Virus record (IMG/VR): IMGVR_UViG_3300021520_000002
Span: 62,001-126,000 of that record
Direction: 5' to 3' (one strand)
Length of the DNA stretch: 64,000 nt
Positions 20,301-30,376 of the stretch are shown here, one piece after another; position 1 is the first letter of the stretch, and each line of letters starts with the position of its first letter. A model generated the notes under the pieces. It made no database searches. It was given only the letters and a program-made list of their open reading frames with translations, and was not told the origin of the DNA. The translations under genes were made by a program, and so were the position numbers.

Positions 20301-22247
20301 GGATTTCTTCTTGGAACACCTCTTGGTTTACCAGGAATGATTGCAGGTGGTATGCTCGGTGGTGGTCTTGGTGTATATCTTGCATTTTTTAGAGATGTAA
20401 GTGAAGATAAAAAAGACAGTTTATGGGCAAAATTATCAGATGAAAAATCTCCTTTAATAAAACAAATGAAAGGTGTTGGTGGTGCTTTACTTGGTTTTAA
20501 GATTGGAAGCTCAGCTGGACTTGGTGGTGGAATAATAGGTAGTATTTTTGGTTATTATATTGCTAGTATGGGTCTAATTAGTAAAGAATTGGATAAAGAT
20601 GATCCAAAAGTATCTAATATTTTTTATGGAGTAATAAAACAAATGTTTGCTGATACTTTTAGAGCTTCTGCAGATTATCCAGTAGCATCAGCATATGTTG
20701 GTGCCAGTTTTGGACTTTATCTTGGATTAATGACAAGAAATCCGTATATTGCATTTTATGGTGGAATAGCTGGTGCCGTAGCTGGGATGTTAATGAGCGC
20801 AATTTCAAGATTAGTAATTGATTTAGAAAAAGATACTAGTTGGCAAAATATAACTAAACAAGTTTTTAGAAGAATAGCTAGTTGGTCTGTTTTTGGAGGA
20901 AGAGATGAAGATTTTAAACAATTAATAAAAGATTTAGAAGGTGGAAACACTACTGCTCCAACATCTTCTACTGCTCCAACATCTTCTACTGCTCCAAGAA
21001 GTTTAGAAGAGTTTGATAAAGTGGGTCAGAATTGGAAATCTGGAAAATATTCAGTGTCCACTGGATCTACTAGTAAATCATCTAGTGCACCAGTTGGTAA
21101 AAGAGGACAAGGAGCTACTGAAGAAACTGTTGGAAGAGTTCCAGCAGAAATGATGGAATATTTTCAAGAAGCATCTGATACATATGGTGTTTCAAAGGAT
21201 ACTTTAATAGCTATAGCTAGTGCTGAAAATGCAAGATTTGAACCAAGTAAAGTTAATCCAAAAGGTGAACCAGGAAATCATGCTACTGGAATATTTCAAT
21301 TTCTTCCCAGTACTTGGAGAGCAATGGGTGGTAATCCAGAAGATATAACTGATGCTCGTACTAATATTATGATGGGTGGTAAATTAGTTGCCCAAAATAT
21401 TGCTGCATATCAGAAAAAATATGGTAGTGATCCAAATCGTACACAATTATATGAAATGCATCATTTCGGTACTAGTGGTGGTTTAAATTTTATGGGTAAA
21501 TTAGAATCAAGTCCAGAAGCTGGATTTTCATTATCAAAGAAAGAAATGGAACATAATCCTCATTTAGCTGCTAAAACAAATCGAGATATTGATAATATGA
21601 TGGCTAAAAAAATGGGTGTAACAGCTTCAGCTGTTAGTGGTGGTAAAATACCATTTTCAGGAACAGAATATACTTCAAATTATAAAGATGAATATTGGAA
21701 ACAATCACAAGCTATGCATGCTGCTTATCTTGAACAATGGAATAGTTTTGATAATGCTGGGGATAGTAATGCTTATACTGAAAGTTATTTAAAAGAACAA
21801 GCTAAACTTGAACTTGCATATGATGTTGCAGAAAAGAAATATGGTGGAGGAGTAGCAAAAGATGTAGCAAAAACTACTACACCAACTCCTAATAAAGGTC
21901 CCACAAGTATGGTTGAATTACTTGGTCACGCTTGGAAATCAGCTGGTGAATATATTTCTGGATTTGGAATGCCAACTGCTGAACAAGTTAAAGCTGAATT
22001 AGCAAAGACTAAAGAAACAGTAATGGATGTTGTTTCTGGTGCAACTGCTGCAACTACTCAAGCTGTTGGTAATGTAACTTCTGGAAGCAATAATACAAAT
22101 GTAAATCAAGTATCTGGTCAGTCTGGAGATAGTGGTTTAGATAGTTTTTGTTTAAAAATATTTAATAGTGTATGTTCAGTATTTAAGGATGATTATGTTA
22201 AATATCCTTTTTCTGCTGAATTATTTCATTCAAATAATATTAGTTAA
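17316..22247 (+). CDS. tape measure protein with C-terminal lytic transglycosylase (SLT) domain
   Basis: 1643 aa; Gly/Ala/Leu-rich amphipathic repeats; RAKGGPV...YIVGEEGPEL; SLT motifs IASAEN and ATGIFQFLPSTW. Confidence 0.8.
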   Translation: MADYMNPSVGLNPNLMRLQMQAQAQAQRSEQQRGPYTRNTPNEGGMTAANEAIFRQFQRPINKIQGNKAFMASTMGFTMAMDYQKQLIGTMTSVFKKIDSKELTNVVGNMMGKAGALAYLLPTSLSRVLSSKRDSFEKVFSRELGVVGTMYKTLNLMSLIRYPMRTLPAGLAMLAGFPNLAKLFPRPETLLTGAAVGAYKGAKAVGGVGAAAGGGILNYLTGGAFGKGVGAVTGSAVGGQAVGVLKKVFGGIDSKVLAVLGSPVGLSLALAGAQIGLAIWKSIKLSRLLPSRKSPINLERMYSDSMGYDAVLSRISSLAAVGKMKPEEVTAQASLINAQLLMSIERHTSLLRLMAVEADYKREEREKQGRSYNIDVLGQDPAGMFSQGLNKATGYLHKTIAKYDPITQIMNFIFSGGRLRPRGEIARLEKTYGIGQYGKNIKEQSKSFGISLTESRLLSMDSNQIIQMGLSHEDRVEKLLQWDGELLKGIYSENITLRKGFGFAKNVLYQPHENLKKFGHAINPLNLPGIHALSSLASAPFRAIGAVTRGIWRAPGALRRMISPGSPEELSIGGSGAQGALPVRWVGQLPPGRAKGGPVIRNKTYIVGEEGPELLRDGRVIPLRDSKGRFRSPGTLHLSAEQMAARKRNRTLTQELGEVAEKKEKAATSGTQSGILSTLKDMAKSLKNFAIGGVKGAFEGGKNILGDIFSAGKNLIGSGFGLVGGLFKGILGFMVHNPLITIAGGLLLYLVPKLIKSLTENYEIDWDKIKEKLTGVLEKGSELSKTPIGKYASSGFMMGIPFGIMPGIIGALIGGGVGGFFTLMAKIKEDDPDNIWKKLLDGKILDKVEQGSFALGGAVAGVKLGSRFGLMGSIVGGLLGGGLGWYGAMLKEGKKDEVIQTIKDIAASPTFQGMERISMAVAGGLAGLGIGLKFGLIPGVVGGLVGAGLGYYLALMREGKQEEGKEKMMLLLNDIWEATSKTLKANPLIGELAAAGFLLGTPLGLPGMIAGGMLGGGLGVYLAFFRDVSEDKKDSLWAKLSDEKSPLIKQMKGVGGALLGFKIGSSAGLGGGIIGSIFGYYIASMGLISKELDKDDPKVSNIFYGVIKQMFADTFRASADYPVASAYVGASFGLYLGLMTRNPYIAFYGGIAGAVAGMLMSAISRLVIDLEKDTSWQNITKQVFRRIASWSVFGGRDEDFKQLIKDLEGGNTTAPTSSTAPTSSTAPRSLEEFDKVGQNWKSGKYSVSTGSTSKSSSAPVGKRGQGATEETVGRVPAEMMEYFQEASDTYGVSKDTLIAIASAENARFEPSKVNPKGEPGNHATGIFQFLPSTWRAMGGNPEDITDARTNIMMGGKLVAQNIAAYQKKYGSDPNRTQLYEMHHFGTSGGLNFMGKLESSPEAGFSLSKKEMEHNPHLAAKTNRDIDNMMAKKMGVTASAVSGGKIPFSGTEYTSNYKDEYWKQSQAMHAAYLEQWNSFDNAGDSNAYTESYLKEQAKLELAYDVAEKKYGGGVAKDVAKTTTPTPNKGPTSMVELLGHAWKSAGEYISGFGMPTAEQVKAELAKTKETVMDVVSGATAATTQAVGNVTSGSNNTNVNQVSGQSGDSGLDSFCLKIFNSVCSVFKDDYVKYPFSAELFHSNNIS
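20951..20996 (+). repeat. 18-bp tandem repeat (TACTGCTCCAACATCTTC x ~2.5) encoding TAPTSS linker
   Basis: Direct repeats inside the tape measure gene. Confidence 0.85.
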
Positions 22248-22253
22248 TAAATG

Positions 22254-22288
22254 GATCGGCAAGATCTAGAAATAGAATCTTGCCGATC
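22254..22288. repeat. intergenic palindrome copy 3
   Basis: GATCGGCAAGATCTAGAAATAGAATCTTGCCGATC. Confidence 0.95.
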
Positions 22289-22307
22289 TCCCTCTAGGAG
22301 GCGAAAA

Positions 22308-24038
22308 ATGTTTGATGTTGATTATGATTATGAAGATATAGTTTATGAAGAGGAATATATTCCTAGTGAAAGTCCAATAGGTTCATTACCTGAAGATATG
22401 AATGATTCTAATGCTTATGATCCACAATATATGACTGATGCTGATGCTTACACAGTTAATCCTGAAGATATGACAGATGCTAATGCATATGATTATCTTA
22501 ATGATTCTGAATATCAAAAATTTACACAATATGGAAGTGATGCTGCAAGTGATGTAGGTACATATTTAAAAACTGGAGTCACTTCTGGTGCTCGAAGTAT
22601 TATTGATGCTTTAACATCAAATAAAAATTCAATACCACGTGGAAATTCTTTGTTTACTATTGGTAAACCAGTAGGATTTAATAATATTATAGATCCTCAA
22701 AAAAGACTTAGTAGTTATATTAGAACAAAAATGAGTGTTATTGATCTTATTCCATGTGAATATAGTATGGATTTTACAAAAATGCAAGAAACAGCAAAAG
22801 GACAAAATCCTGTTGGTGGTGGACTTTATAAAATATCATATGATAAAAATATTAAGATATATCAAAAATTACAAAATTATTATGGACTTAACATTTCTGA
22901 TACTAAATCTGGAATAAGATTGTATACAACTGATGATACAACAGCTATTGACAGTTTTAATATTCAATATAAACCTAGTATTTTTCAAGGTCCAGTTGAT
23001 TCTCTTGGAGAATTAACAAGAAATATTAGAGAAATCGGATCATCAGTATTTTCAAATTTTGAACCATCTATGAGAGATTTAGCATCTAAAGGTGGTGGAT
23101 TTATAACAGGAGGTTTAAATAAAGTTTCTCCTAATACTGGTGGTTATAATAAAGCTTTTGGAGAAATAGTTCAAAGTACTTTAGAAATTCTTGTTAAAGG
23201 AAATAGAGTTTCATTTCCTAAAATTTGGCAAAACACATCTCATCAAAGTACAATTTCAACAGTAATTAAATTAGTTTCACCTTATGGATCACCTAAAGCT
23301 ATTTATGAATTTATAATTAAACCATTAACTTATTTAATTTTATTAGCTGCACCTCAAACAACAGATGGTTTTTCTTATGGTGGAGCAATGCCATTAACAA
23401 TAAAAGCGTATGGTATGAATTATACAGTTTTAGGTTCAATTAATAATATAACCTGTCGTAGAGGTGGTAGTGATACAAGTTTTAATGTTTATAGGCAACC
23501 TTTATCAATTGATGTTAGTGTTGATTTTCAAACGTTATTCGATGGATTTGCTGCTTATTTACCTACTGATAATCGGGTATCTACAGAAGAAATAAGTGCA
23601 GCATCAGATCAAATATTAATGGGTCGCAGAGAACCTGAAGTTGAATTATATCAGAAAACAGCAACTTCACCATTAATGACAGTTGGAAAATATCTTGAAT
23701 CTTTAAAACCAATTAAAATAGTTGATGGAAATTTCCAAGTATATGGTAATATGAAAAAACCAGTAAGAGTTAATGCTCCTGGTACTGGTAGTTTAGGAGA
23801 TCTTAATCAAGCTTTAGGTAATATTCAATCTGGATTAGGTGTAGGATTTGATGTGTTTGGTAAAGTTATTGGTGATATGCCTGGTATGTCAAGTCTTGCT
23901 GAATTTACAACAGCAAAAGAATCTGTTACAGAAAATGTTAGTTCAGTTGTTGATTGGATGCAGATTTCAACACAAGCAACTTCTGCAGCTGATGCCTTTA
24001 GAAATAAAGTCACATCTAATTTTCAAACTTTTTGGTAA
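22308..24038 (+). CDS. tail/baseplate-associated structural protein (tube-initiator-like)
   Basis: ATG 22308 after AGGAGG (ORF track 22251 reads through the palindrome); follows the tape measure; FPKIWQN...KLVSPYG...GSINNITCRRG. Confidence 0.55.
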   Translation: MFDVDYDYEDIVYEEEYIPSESPIGSLPEDMNDSNAYDPQYMTDADAYTVNPEDMTDANAYDYLNDSEYQKFTQYGSDAASDVGTYLKTGVTSGARSIIDALTSNKNSIPRGNSLFTIGKPVGFNNIIDPQKRLSSYIRTKMSVIDLIPCEYSMDFTKMQETAKGQNPVGGGLYKISYDKNIKIYQKLQNYYGLNISDTKSGIRLYTTDDTTAIDSFNIQYKPSIFQGPVDSLGELTRNIREIGSSVFSNFEPSMRDLASKGGGFITGGLNKVSPNTGGYNKAFGEIVQSTLEILVKGNRVSFPKIWQNTSHQSTISTVIKLVSPYGSPKAIYEFIIKPLTYLILLAAPQTTDGFSYGGAMPLTIKAYGMNYTVLGSINNITCRRGGSDTSFNVYRQPLSIDVSVDFQTLFDGFAAYLPTDNRVSTEEISAASDQILMGRREPEVELYQKTATSPLMTVGKYLESLKPIKIVDGNFQVYGNMKKPVRVNAPGTGSLGDLNQALGNIQSGLGVGFDVFGKVIGDMPGMSSLAEFTTAKESVTENVSSVVDWMQISTQATSAADAFRNKVTSNFQTFW

Positions 24039-24052
24039 AAGAAGAGGTACTT

Positions 24053-25897
24053 ATGAGTGTTTTTGCTAATAGTTTTTCAAGTTATTTAAATTATACAGCT
24101 AATTATTCAAGCAGACTAAGTTTTTTAGAATCAATTTTTGGAGATGCTTTTCGTGCTGCTAAAGATCCAAAATTTATTTCTGTAGATTTTATAAATAAAT
24201 TAGATCAATTTCCTAAATTTCCATATTTTATGAATATCATATCTGGAACTAATAATATTAAAATACCATTTATTTATAAAACATGTTTGGATAATCCAAA
24301 GTATTTACTTGAATCAATGTTAGATTCAGATATTATTTATTTAAAAACAAATTATGATACTATTCCAAATGAAATAGAGGATATTTTAAGACATTCAAAT
24401 TTTCAATATACATATTTAAGTACAGTTGATCAGATTTATGATATGAATACAATTTATAAAACAGTATCTTTAGAAACAACATATAGAAATTTTTTTATCA
24501 ATATGTATTCACAAAAATATTCAACTGTTGGAAAAGATTATTCAGCAGGATTTGAAAATAGTTGTATGGTGAATACACAAGCTATTTCAACTTTATTACA
24601 AGTTGTTTTACCAACAACTTGTAATTTATCTGATAAATTATTAAGATATATTTTAAATTTTAATAGTTTAAAACCAGGTGATATTGGATATTTTCCTGGA
24701 ATTGAAGTTCAACAACTTAATAAAATAAATTTTCAACAAGCATTTAGTATTTTTATTACAAATAATAGTTTAGATATGAGTGGAGATATTGTTGAGTTAG
24801 TTACTAAATCAATTTATAATTACAATAAGATGTCATCAAATCTTAGAACTAATCTTATTAATGTTGTAAATCCTCGTCTTTCTGAATTATCACAGAAATT
24901 TACAGATTATTTAGATTCACTTCCAGTTTTTCAACCAAGTTTTAATTTAGTTTCAAATTTTGTTGATACTTTATATTATCTTTCTTCTGTTGATTTAACA
25001 TCATTATGTTTTGCAGATCCTTATATTGTTAATCAAGAAAATTCTAATATTTTAGCTATTGAAGAAGATGGAAATTTCAGACAATATATGGAAAAAATAG
25101 ACTCATTAAATCTTCAACAATATTTTTTTCTTGTATATATTTATAAATTTTGGCCGATGAAATTTCTTAATATTTTACAAATGGCTCTTAAAGAGTATAT
25201 TCAAGATATAATAAAAACTGTAGATGAAGAAGATAATAGTTTCACATCAACTGAATATTTAGAATATATGACAAGATTATATGCTGATCCTTATGCTCCT
25301 GGAGATATAGCTAATCCATTTAGAGATGCAAAAATAAGTTATGATAATCTTTGTATATTTTTAGCTGGAATTTTTACACGGGATTATATTTGGAAAGTTG
25401 AAAACATTAAAGAAGTTTCACGATTTATTTGTGAATTACATTGTATTCAGTTAATAGATGATTTTATTGCAAGTGATTATTATATTAATTTTGTGAGAGA
25501 TTTATTACAAGATATTTTTCAATATTTACGAGATAATGGACACATAGATCATTTATTTAATTGGTATAATAATCATGAAGTTGTTGATATTTATCTTAAG
25601 ATTTTTTTAAGATATCGTATTTTTAGTGAGGATACTAAAGGACCAGGAACAAGATTGTTTCATCTTATTACTGCAAATTTTAAAACAATTTTTGATAGAG
25701 TTATAACCAATTCAACTGGAGCAGCTACATATGATGTGTCAATTACTTTTAAAACAGCTGGAGAATTAAACGATCAATTTAAAAGCTTAATAAAAAGCAG
25801 TTCAATTAATAAAATGTATCAGTTTAATGAAAATTCAGTGTTATCAAGTTTAACATGTGAAAACTTTTATGCAGTATTAGGAAAATTCTTTTCATAA
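24053..25897 (+). CDS. hypothetical protein
   Basis: Long ORF; ATG 24053 after GAGGT (ORF track 24032). Confidence 0.7.
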   Translation: MSVFANSFSSYLNYTANYSSRLSFLESIFGDAFRAAKDPKFISVDFINKLDQFPKFPYFMNIISGTNNIKIPFIYKTCLDNPKYLLESMLDSDIIYLKTNYDTIPNEIEDILRHSNFQYTYLSTVDQIYDMNTIYKTVSLETTYRNFFINMYSQKYSTVGKDYSAGFENSCMVNTQAISTLLQVVLPTTCNLSDKLLRYILNFNSLKPGDIGYFPGIEVQQLNKINFQQAFSIFITNNSLDMSGDIVELVTKSIYNYNKMSSNLRTNLINVVNPRLSELSQKFTDYLDSLPVFQPSFNLVSNFVDTLYYLSSVDLTSLCFADPYIVNQENSNILAIEEDGNFRQYMEKIDSLNLQQYFFLVYIYKFWPMKFLNILQMALKEYIQDIIKTVDEEDNSFTSTEYLEYMTRLYADPYAPGDIANPFRDAKISYDNLCIFLAGIFTRDYIWKVENIKEVSRFICELHCIQLIDDFIASDYYINFVRDLLQDIFQYLRDNGHIDHLFNWYNNHEVVDIYLKIFLRYRIFSEDTKGPGTRLFHLITANFKTIFDRVITNSTGAATYDVSITFKTAGELNDQFKSLIKSSSINKMYQFNENSVLSSLTCENFYAVLGKFFS

Positions 25898-25910
25898 TGT
25901 TTCTATTTTT

Positions 25911-25920
25911 ATATAGAAAT
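25911..25920 (+). promoter_or_regulatory. putative phage promoter motif ATATAGAAAT
   Basis: Intergenic, upstream of 25942 and the helicase. Confidence 0.5.
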
Positions 25921-25941
25921 AATTAAATTATGAGGTGTATT

Positions 25942-26178
25942 ATGATTTCAGTAGTAGATTTATTTGAAGTGGGTGGTCCAAATGATGATAGAACATCTTT
26001 TGCGAATGAACGAATTGCTACGTTACAAAGGGCTTTCAAATCTGGAAGAATGAAAGCTCCTGATTATCAAGCTCAATTAAAACAATTTATGCAAATGAAA
26101 CGTGGAGTTCCATCAAAACAGATGCCAGAAAGTGAAATTAAAACGGCAGGAACTTATTTAAATTCTTCACCACAATAG
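25942..26178 (+). CDS. small protein with MISVVDLFE leader
   Basis: GAGGTG RBS before ATG 25942 (ORF track 25930). Confidence 0.7.
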   Translation: MISVVDLFEVGGPNDDRTSFANERIATLQRAFKSGRMKAPDYQAQLKQFMQMKRGVPSKQMPESEIKTAGTYLNSSPQ

Positions 26179-26190
26179 AAAAGGAGGCGT

Positions 26191-27078
26191 ATGGTTTTTG
26201 AAACTAAAAAGAGTGGGTCAAATTCATTATTAAAAGCTTTTACATCAAGATATGTTGCTGAAGATTTTTTTGTAAATATAGCTCGAATTGTACTTTACCC
26301 ATCCGAGTTTGGTAATTTCATATCAGATAGGACAAATTCTGTAATTGATTATATGAGAGATTTTTTAAAGAGTTTGTCATTATTGTCTAATAATTTACAG
26401 TTAGCAAATAGTAAAGTTGTTAGAAGCCAAATCACTATTTTAACTTCTTTATTAACAATTCGAGAATCAAGTCCGATTTTATTAACTTACGAAAATGTTA
26501 ATCAACATTTGATGCCTGGACAAGATTTAATAGTTACTAAACTTATTCAAAAATGTGTTGATGAAAAGATTACAGATACTGATGAGTTTCGTAAAACTAC
26601 AGATGAAGTTATTAATACAATTTCATCTTATTATGAAATGATGTCTGCTGCAGATAGTATTACAATGGTTGGTAATCTTTATGATTTGATTAATGAAGGT
26701 AATCTTGTGCCGATGGAGACATTAAAAAGTTATAAAGATATTATTAATGTTGCTTATAATGATTTATCAAAATTACAATCATTAAGTAAAGCAGAATCAG
26801 CGGCAGATTATTTTGTTATTTCAGATGATAAATCTTGTGATGTATTATCTAAAACATTAGTTGATTATGTTGCAAAGGGTTTTTCAGTATTTAAAACTGG
26901 TTTTGATTTATTTGATAAACATATTGATGGAGTTGAGAGTTCATCAGTACACTTAATTGGTGCGCCTTCTAATCATGCAAAAAGTTTATTTACAATTAAT
27001 TTATCATATAGAATGATTAAAAACAATCTTGCTGATTTTGATCCACAAGATTGTATATTATTTGTAACTTTAGAGGAT
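26191..27078 (+). CDS. DnaB/gp41-like replicative helicase, exon 1
   Basis: KTGFDLFD, Walker A-like GAPSNHAKS, FVTLED; ends at the group I 5' splice site. Confidence 0.85.
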
Positions 27079-28251
27079 TAAATATGGTCCTCTTTAAATC
27101 TCGTGAATTCGGTGAATATCCAGAAGATGGACAATACCGAGCCAAGCTTCTATATTAGACTGCTAATCTAGTATAGTTGAAGGTGTAACGACTATCCCGA
27201 AAGGGAGTACACTCAAGCGAGTGGAAGCGCGAGACATCCTAATCTAAATTAAATAAAAATTTTAAATGGAGGACAGGGTTTGGCCACCTTGGTAAACTAC
27301 CTATATAGTTTGCCTTACTCCAGAAAATAATATTTTGTAGGAGATATTATGATAATAAGATATTCAAAGAAATTAGAATCAGAAGTATATAAAATGACGC
27401 CAGAAGAAAAGCTTGAAAAATTGGTGTATTTTTATATTAATGGAATGTCTTTAGATCATTGTAGTTGGACATTTACTTGTGATAAAGATTTAATTATTTC
27501 TGCTTTAAAATATAAAGATGTATTTGAACATAAAATTTGTAGTAAATGTAAAATTTTAAAATCTTTTGATGAATTTTATATGAATGAAAGTATGGGTAAG
27601 GAAACAAATCGATCTGGTGTTTCTTGTCAATGTCGAGAATGTGTTAGTAAAAATGGTAAAAATTATTTTAAGAATAATAGAGATCATAAAAGAAAATATG
27701 ATAAAGAATATAAAAGACAACCTCATGTATTAGAACAAAGATTAGAATATCAAAAAAAATATTTTAAAGATCCAATAAATTTAAAGAAAAGTGCACAAAG
27801 AGCGAATAAAATATATCATAGTGATATTAAAAAAAGATTACATACAATAGTTTCTGTTTATATTAATAAATGTTTATTTGGTGGTAAAAAGGGAATTTCA
27901 ATAAATAAAATTCTTGGATATACTATGGATGATCTTAAAATACATCTTGAAAAACAATTTGATAATAATATGACTTGGATTAATTATGGATTTTATTGGG
28001 AAATTGATCATATTATTCCAGTTAGTAATTTTACATTTATTTCATATGAAGATGAAGCTTTTAAGAAATGTTGGTCATTGGAAAATTTACAACCACTTGA
28101 AAAAACAATAAATAGAATAAAAAGTAATAAATTGAACTTTGTAGTGATTTAAAAATTAGATTAGGATGAAGAGATAGTCTATTCTCATAGGCAACTATGA
28201 GCTGCAGATAATGCTGCGAATAAGAAGTAGCGATTCTTATTGAATAAAAAG
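27079..28251 (+). mobile_element. group I self-splicing intron (1173 nt) with HNH ORF in P8
   Basis: P1 AGAGGAT/GTCCTCT with U.G at the splice site; P7 GACTAT/ATAGTC; P8 CATCCTAATCTAA/TTAGATTAGGATG brackets the ORF; terminal G 28251; P10 TAAATAT/ATATTTA; splicing restores frame (VTLED|DIYKLVRRF). Confidence 0.9.
27349..28152 (+). CDS. intron-encoded HNH homing endonuclease
   Basis: CSKC and CREC zinc motifs; WEIDHIIP...NLQPLEKTINRIKSNK. Confidence 0.9.
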   Translation: MIIRYSKKLESEVYKMTPEEKLEKLVYFYINGMSLDHCSWTFTCDKDLIISALKYKDVFEHKICSKCKILKSFDEFYMNESMGKETNRSGVSCQCRECVSKNGKNYFKNNRDHKRKYDKEYKRQPHVLEQRLEYQKKYFKDPINLKKSAQRANKIYHSDIKKRLHTIVSVYINKCLFGGKKGISINKILGYTMDDLKIHLEKQFDNNMTWINYGFYWEIDHIIPVSNFTFISYEDEAFKKCWSLENLQPLEKTINRIKSNKLNFVVI

Positions 28252-29226
28252 GATATTTATAAATTAGTTCGACGTTTTGCATCAATATATGGAAATTATA
28301 AATTTGATTCTTTAAAAAGATTATTTGCAAAGTCATATGAAATGACAAGAGCAACACAAATTATGGATATGTCTACAGAAGCTAGTGCAAGATTGTATGG
28401 TAATTTAGATGGAGTATTTAAAAATGTTTTGAAGACAAGTATTGCAAAAGTAACTCAGGGAAAAGTAAATATTGCAATTAAACATTGTTCTGAAAATTCA
28501 TTTTCTCCTGGTGATCTTGGACGGTTTATAGATCGTTTAAATATCGAAGGATATAAAGTTAAAATAGTTTTTGTTGATTATTTAGATGTTATGAGTGCTA
28601 CAATTAATAGGTTTGGTGGAGCTGGAAAAGAATATGATATCTTAGGTCAAATCACACAGGAGTTACGTAACTTAGCTCGGATACATAAAGTGCCGATAAT
28701 AAGCCCAACTCAGAATAGAAGAGAATCTGAAAATGTTAATACTAAATTAAGTAACGAACAAACAGGGGATAGTTATAAGAAAATAAGATATTCAGATTTT
28801 ATCTATTCGTGTCGTTTAAGACCAGATCTTAACTTTCTATCTGAGGGTGTTAGACATCATGTTATTACAACAAAACATAATCCAGATGGAACAGTAGTTG
28901 ATTTTATTTCTCCAGAACTTATTAAGATTAAAGAAAGTTTATTTCAAGTATTAGTACCATTTGAAGTTAAGATTACAAAGTCAAAAGATTCAGAAAGAGA
29001 TTCTATGAAGTTTTTCTTATTCTGTAAAGAAAATTTAAGAATGTATAATAATGTTGATGAGTATATTAAAGATGCACCAATCATTGCAATTAATAGTGAG
29101 AAGTTAGAAAAGGATATTTCTATTTTAACAAATTTAGCAATTACAAGTGTTTCAAATGGTTCGGAAGGATTTTTTGAAGAAGAACAAAATGATCAATTTG
29201 GGATGAATGTTATACCTTTTGCTTAA
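28252..29226 (+). CDS. DnaB/gp41-like replicative helicase, exon 2
   Basis: Walker B VFVDYLD, ELRNLA, PIISPTQNRR, GDSYKK, ITKSKD. Confidence 0.85.
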   Translation, partial: DIYKLVRRFASIYGNYKFDSLKRLFAKSYEMTRATQIMDMSTEASARLYGNLDGVFKNVLKTSIAKVTQGKVNIAIKHCSENSFSPGDLGRFIDRLNIEGYKVKIVFVDYLDVMSATINRFGGAGKEYDILGQITQELRNLARIHKVPIISPTQNRRESENVNTKLSNEQTGDSYKKIRYSDFIYSCRLRPDLNFLSEGVRHHVITTKHNPDGTVVDFISPELIKIKESLFQVLVPFEVKITKSKDSERDSMKFFLFCKENLRMYNNVDEYIKDAPIIAINSEKLEKDISILTNLAITSVSNGSEGFFEEEQNDQFGMNVIPFA

Positions 29227-29272
29227 GGAGCGTAAATATGAGAAGTGATCCGACAGATAAATGAAATTAAAT

Positions 29273-29308
29273 ATATCGGCAAGATCTATTTCTAGGTCTT
29301 GCCGATAT
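29273..29308. repeat. intergenic palindrome copy 4
   Basis: ATATCGGCAAGATCTATTTCTAGGTCTTGCCGATAT. Confidence 0.95.
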
Positions 29309-29335
29309 TTAATAATCTTATGGGGGATAAGTGTC

Positions 29336-29581
29336 ATGGGCTACGGAGACAATCCTAGTGAATGTAAACGATATAGAGGATGTAACGCGCAAAAAAATAG
29401 AAATTTTTATTGTAATCATTATGATAAATGCTTAATGAAAGCTATTGAAAATGATTGGAGAAATTTCAATTGTAAAAGCTGTTGGAAATTTAAGTATAAA
29501 GATTCAATGAGAAAAATATATATCTGTGTTAATTACGCTAGTGTGATTCTATCATTAATGTTTTTATATTCTAAAAAGTGA
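29336..29581 (+). CDS. small Cys-rich protein (RNxxCxHYDxCL...CxSC)
   Basis: ATG 29336 after GGGGG (ORF track 29261 reads through the palindrome). Confidence 0.55.
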   Translation: MGYGDNPSECKRYRGCNAQKNRNFYCNHYDKCLMKAIENDWRNFNCKSCWKFKYKDSMRKIYICVNYASVILSLMFLYSKK

Positions 29582-29752
29582 ATTAGTTTCTGGTACTAAA
29601 AATTTTTTAAAAAGTGAAAACCCTTTTAACAAATACATGAAAATAGTCTACATAAAATGACGAAAGTAATTAGGTAACTATATTAATAACCGGGAAAGTA
29701 ATTTCCAAAAGATGTGAGTTTTTAAAACAAAATAATTTATGGAGGTTTTTAC

Positions 29753-30001
29753 ATGATAAGAGAGTTTATTCAATTAGTAGACGAAGCCGTCGATGAAGGT
29801 TTCGATCGTGGACTCAATCTATTTATGGAAGGTCTTGAAGAAGATCTTGCAAAGAGTGAGATTATTGCTGAGAGTGGTGGTTTTGATAAAGTAGTTTCTC
29901 AGATGATGACGGCTGATGGTATCGAACTTTTAAACGAAGAAGAAATCAGTGAAGAAAGAATTGATGCACTTCTGAAAGAACTGGAAGAAGGGGAGAAATA
30001 A
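29753..30001 (+). CDS. small acidic prohead core/scaffold-like protein
   Basis: GGAGG RBS; MIREFIQLVDE start; many hydrophobic-x-E sites; first gene of the head cluster. Confidence 0.55.
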   Translation: MIREFIQLVDEAVDEGFDRGLNLFMEGLEEDLAKSEIIAESGGFDKVVSQMMTADGIELLNEEEISEERIDALLKELEEGEK

Positions 30002-30004
30002 TAA

Positions 30005-30373
30005 TTGTATAGTATTTTTACGATATGCTTATTGATAGTTCAAATAGTTGTTTTGATATTAATTTTAACAAGAGTAAAAGGTAAGGATGATGAATTTGTT
30101 ATAGCTAATGCAACATTAGTTAATGTTGTAGATAATTATTATAATATGGTACTTATAGGTCAAGTGGAAGAATTAAGAAAACTTTATGATTTGAATCCTG
30201 AATCTAAAACAAATTCATTAAAACCATATACTGAAAAGTATAATATTTTACTCAAGAATTGTTCTAAAGAAATTATGACTTCATATTTGTCTAAGAATTG
30301 TTTAAGTATATTGTTGAGATATTATAGTGTTGAGAGTTTAGCTTTAATAATCATATCAAATTTTAAAAGGTAA
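30005..30373 (+). CDS. hypothetical protein with N-terminal transmembrane helix
   Basis: IFTICLLIVQIVVLILIL. Confidence 0.6.
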   Translation: MYSIFTICLLIVQIVVLILILTRVKGKDDEFVIANATLVNVVDNYYNMVLIGQVEELRKLYDLNPESKTNSLKPYTEKYNILLKNCSKEIMTSYLSKNCLSILLRYYSVESLALIIISNFKR

Positions 30374-30376
30374 TGT

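Noticed and set aside
19033-20950. Alternative-frame and antisense ORFs in the tape measure (19033, 19223, 19598, 20756)
   Set aside because: Shadows of Gly-rich codon bias; no RBS or recognisable motifs.
22251-22307. N-terminal extension MDRQDLEIESCRS (likewise 29261-29335 and ORF 29152..29337)
   Set aside because: These are translations of the palindrome; better RBS-linked starts lie downstream.
26191-29226. Helicase as a pseudogene, intein or two separate genes
   Set aside because: Group I intron helices and in-frame exon joining explain the break.
29582-29752. Replication origin in the 170-bp gap before the head genes
   Set aside because: No iterons or other clear structure seen; more simply a promoter region.
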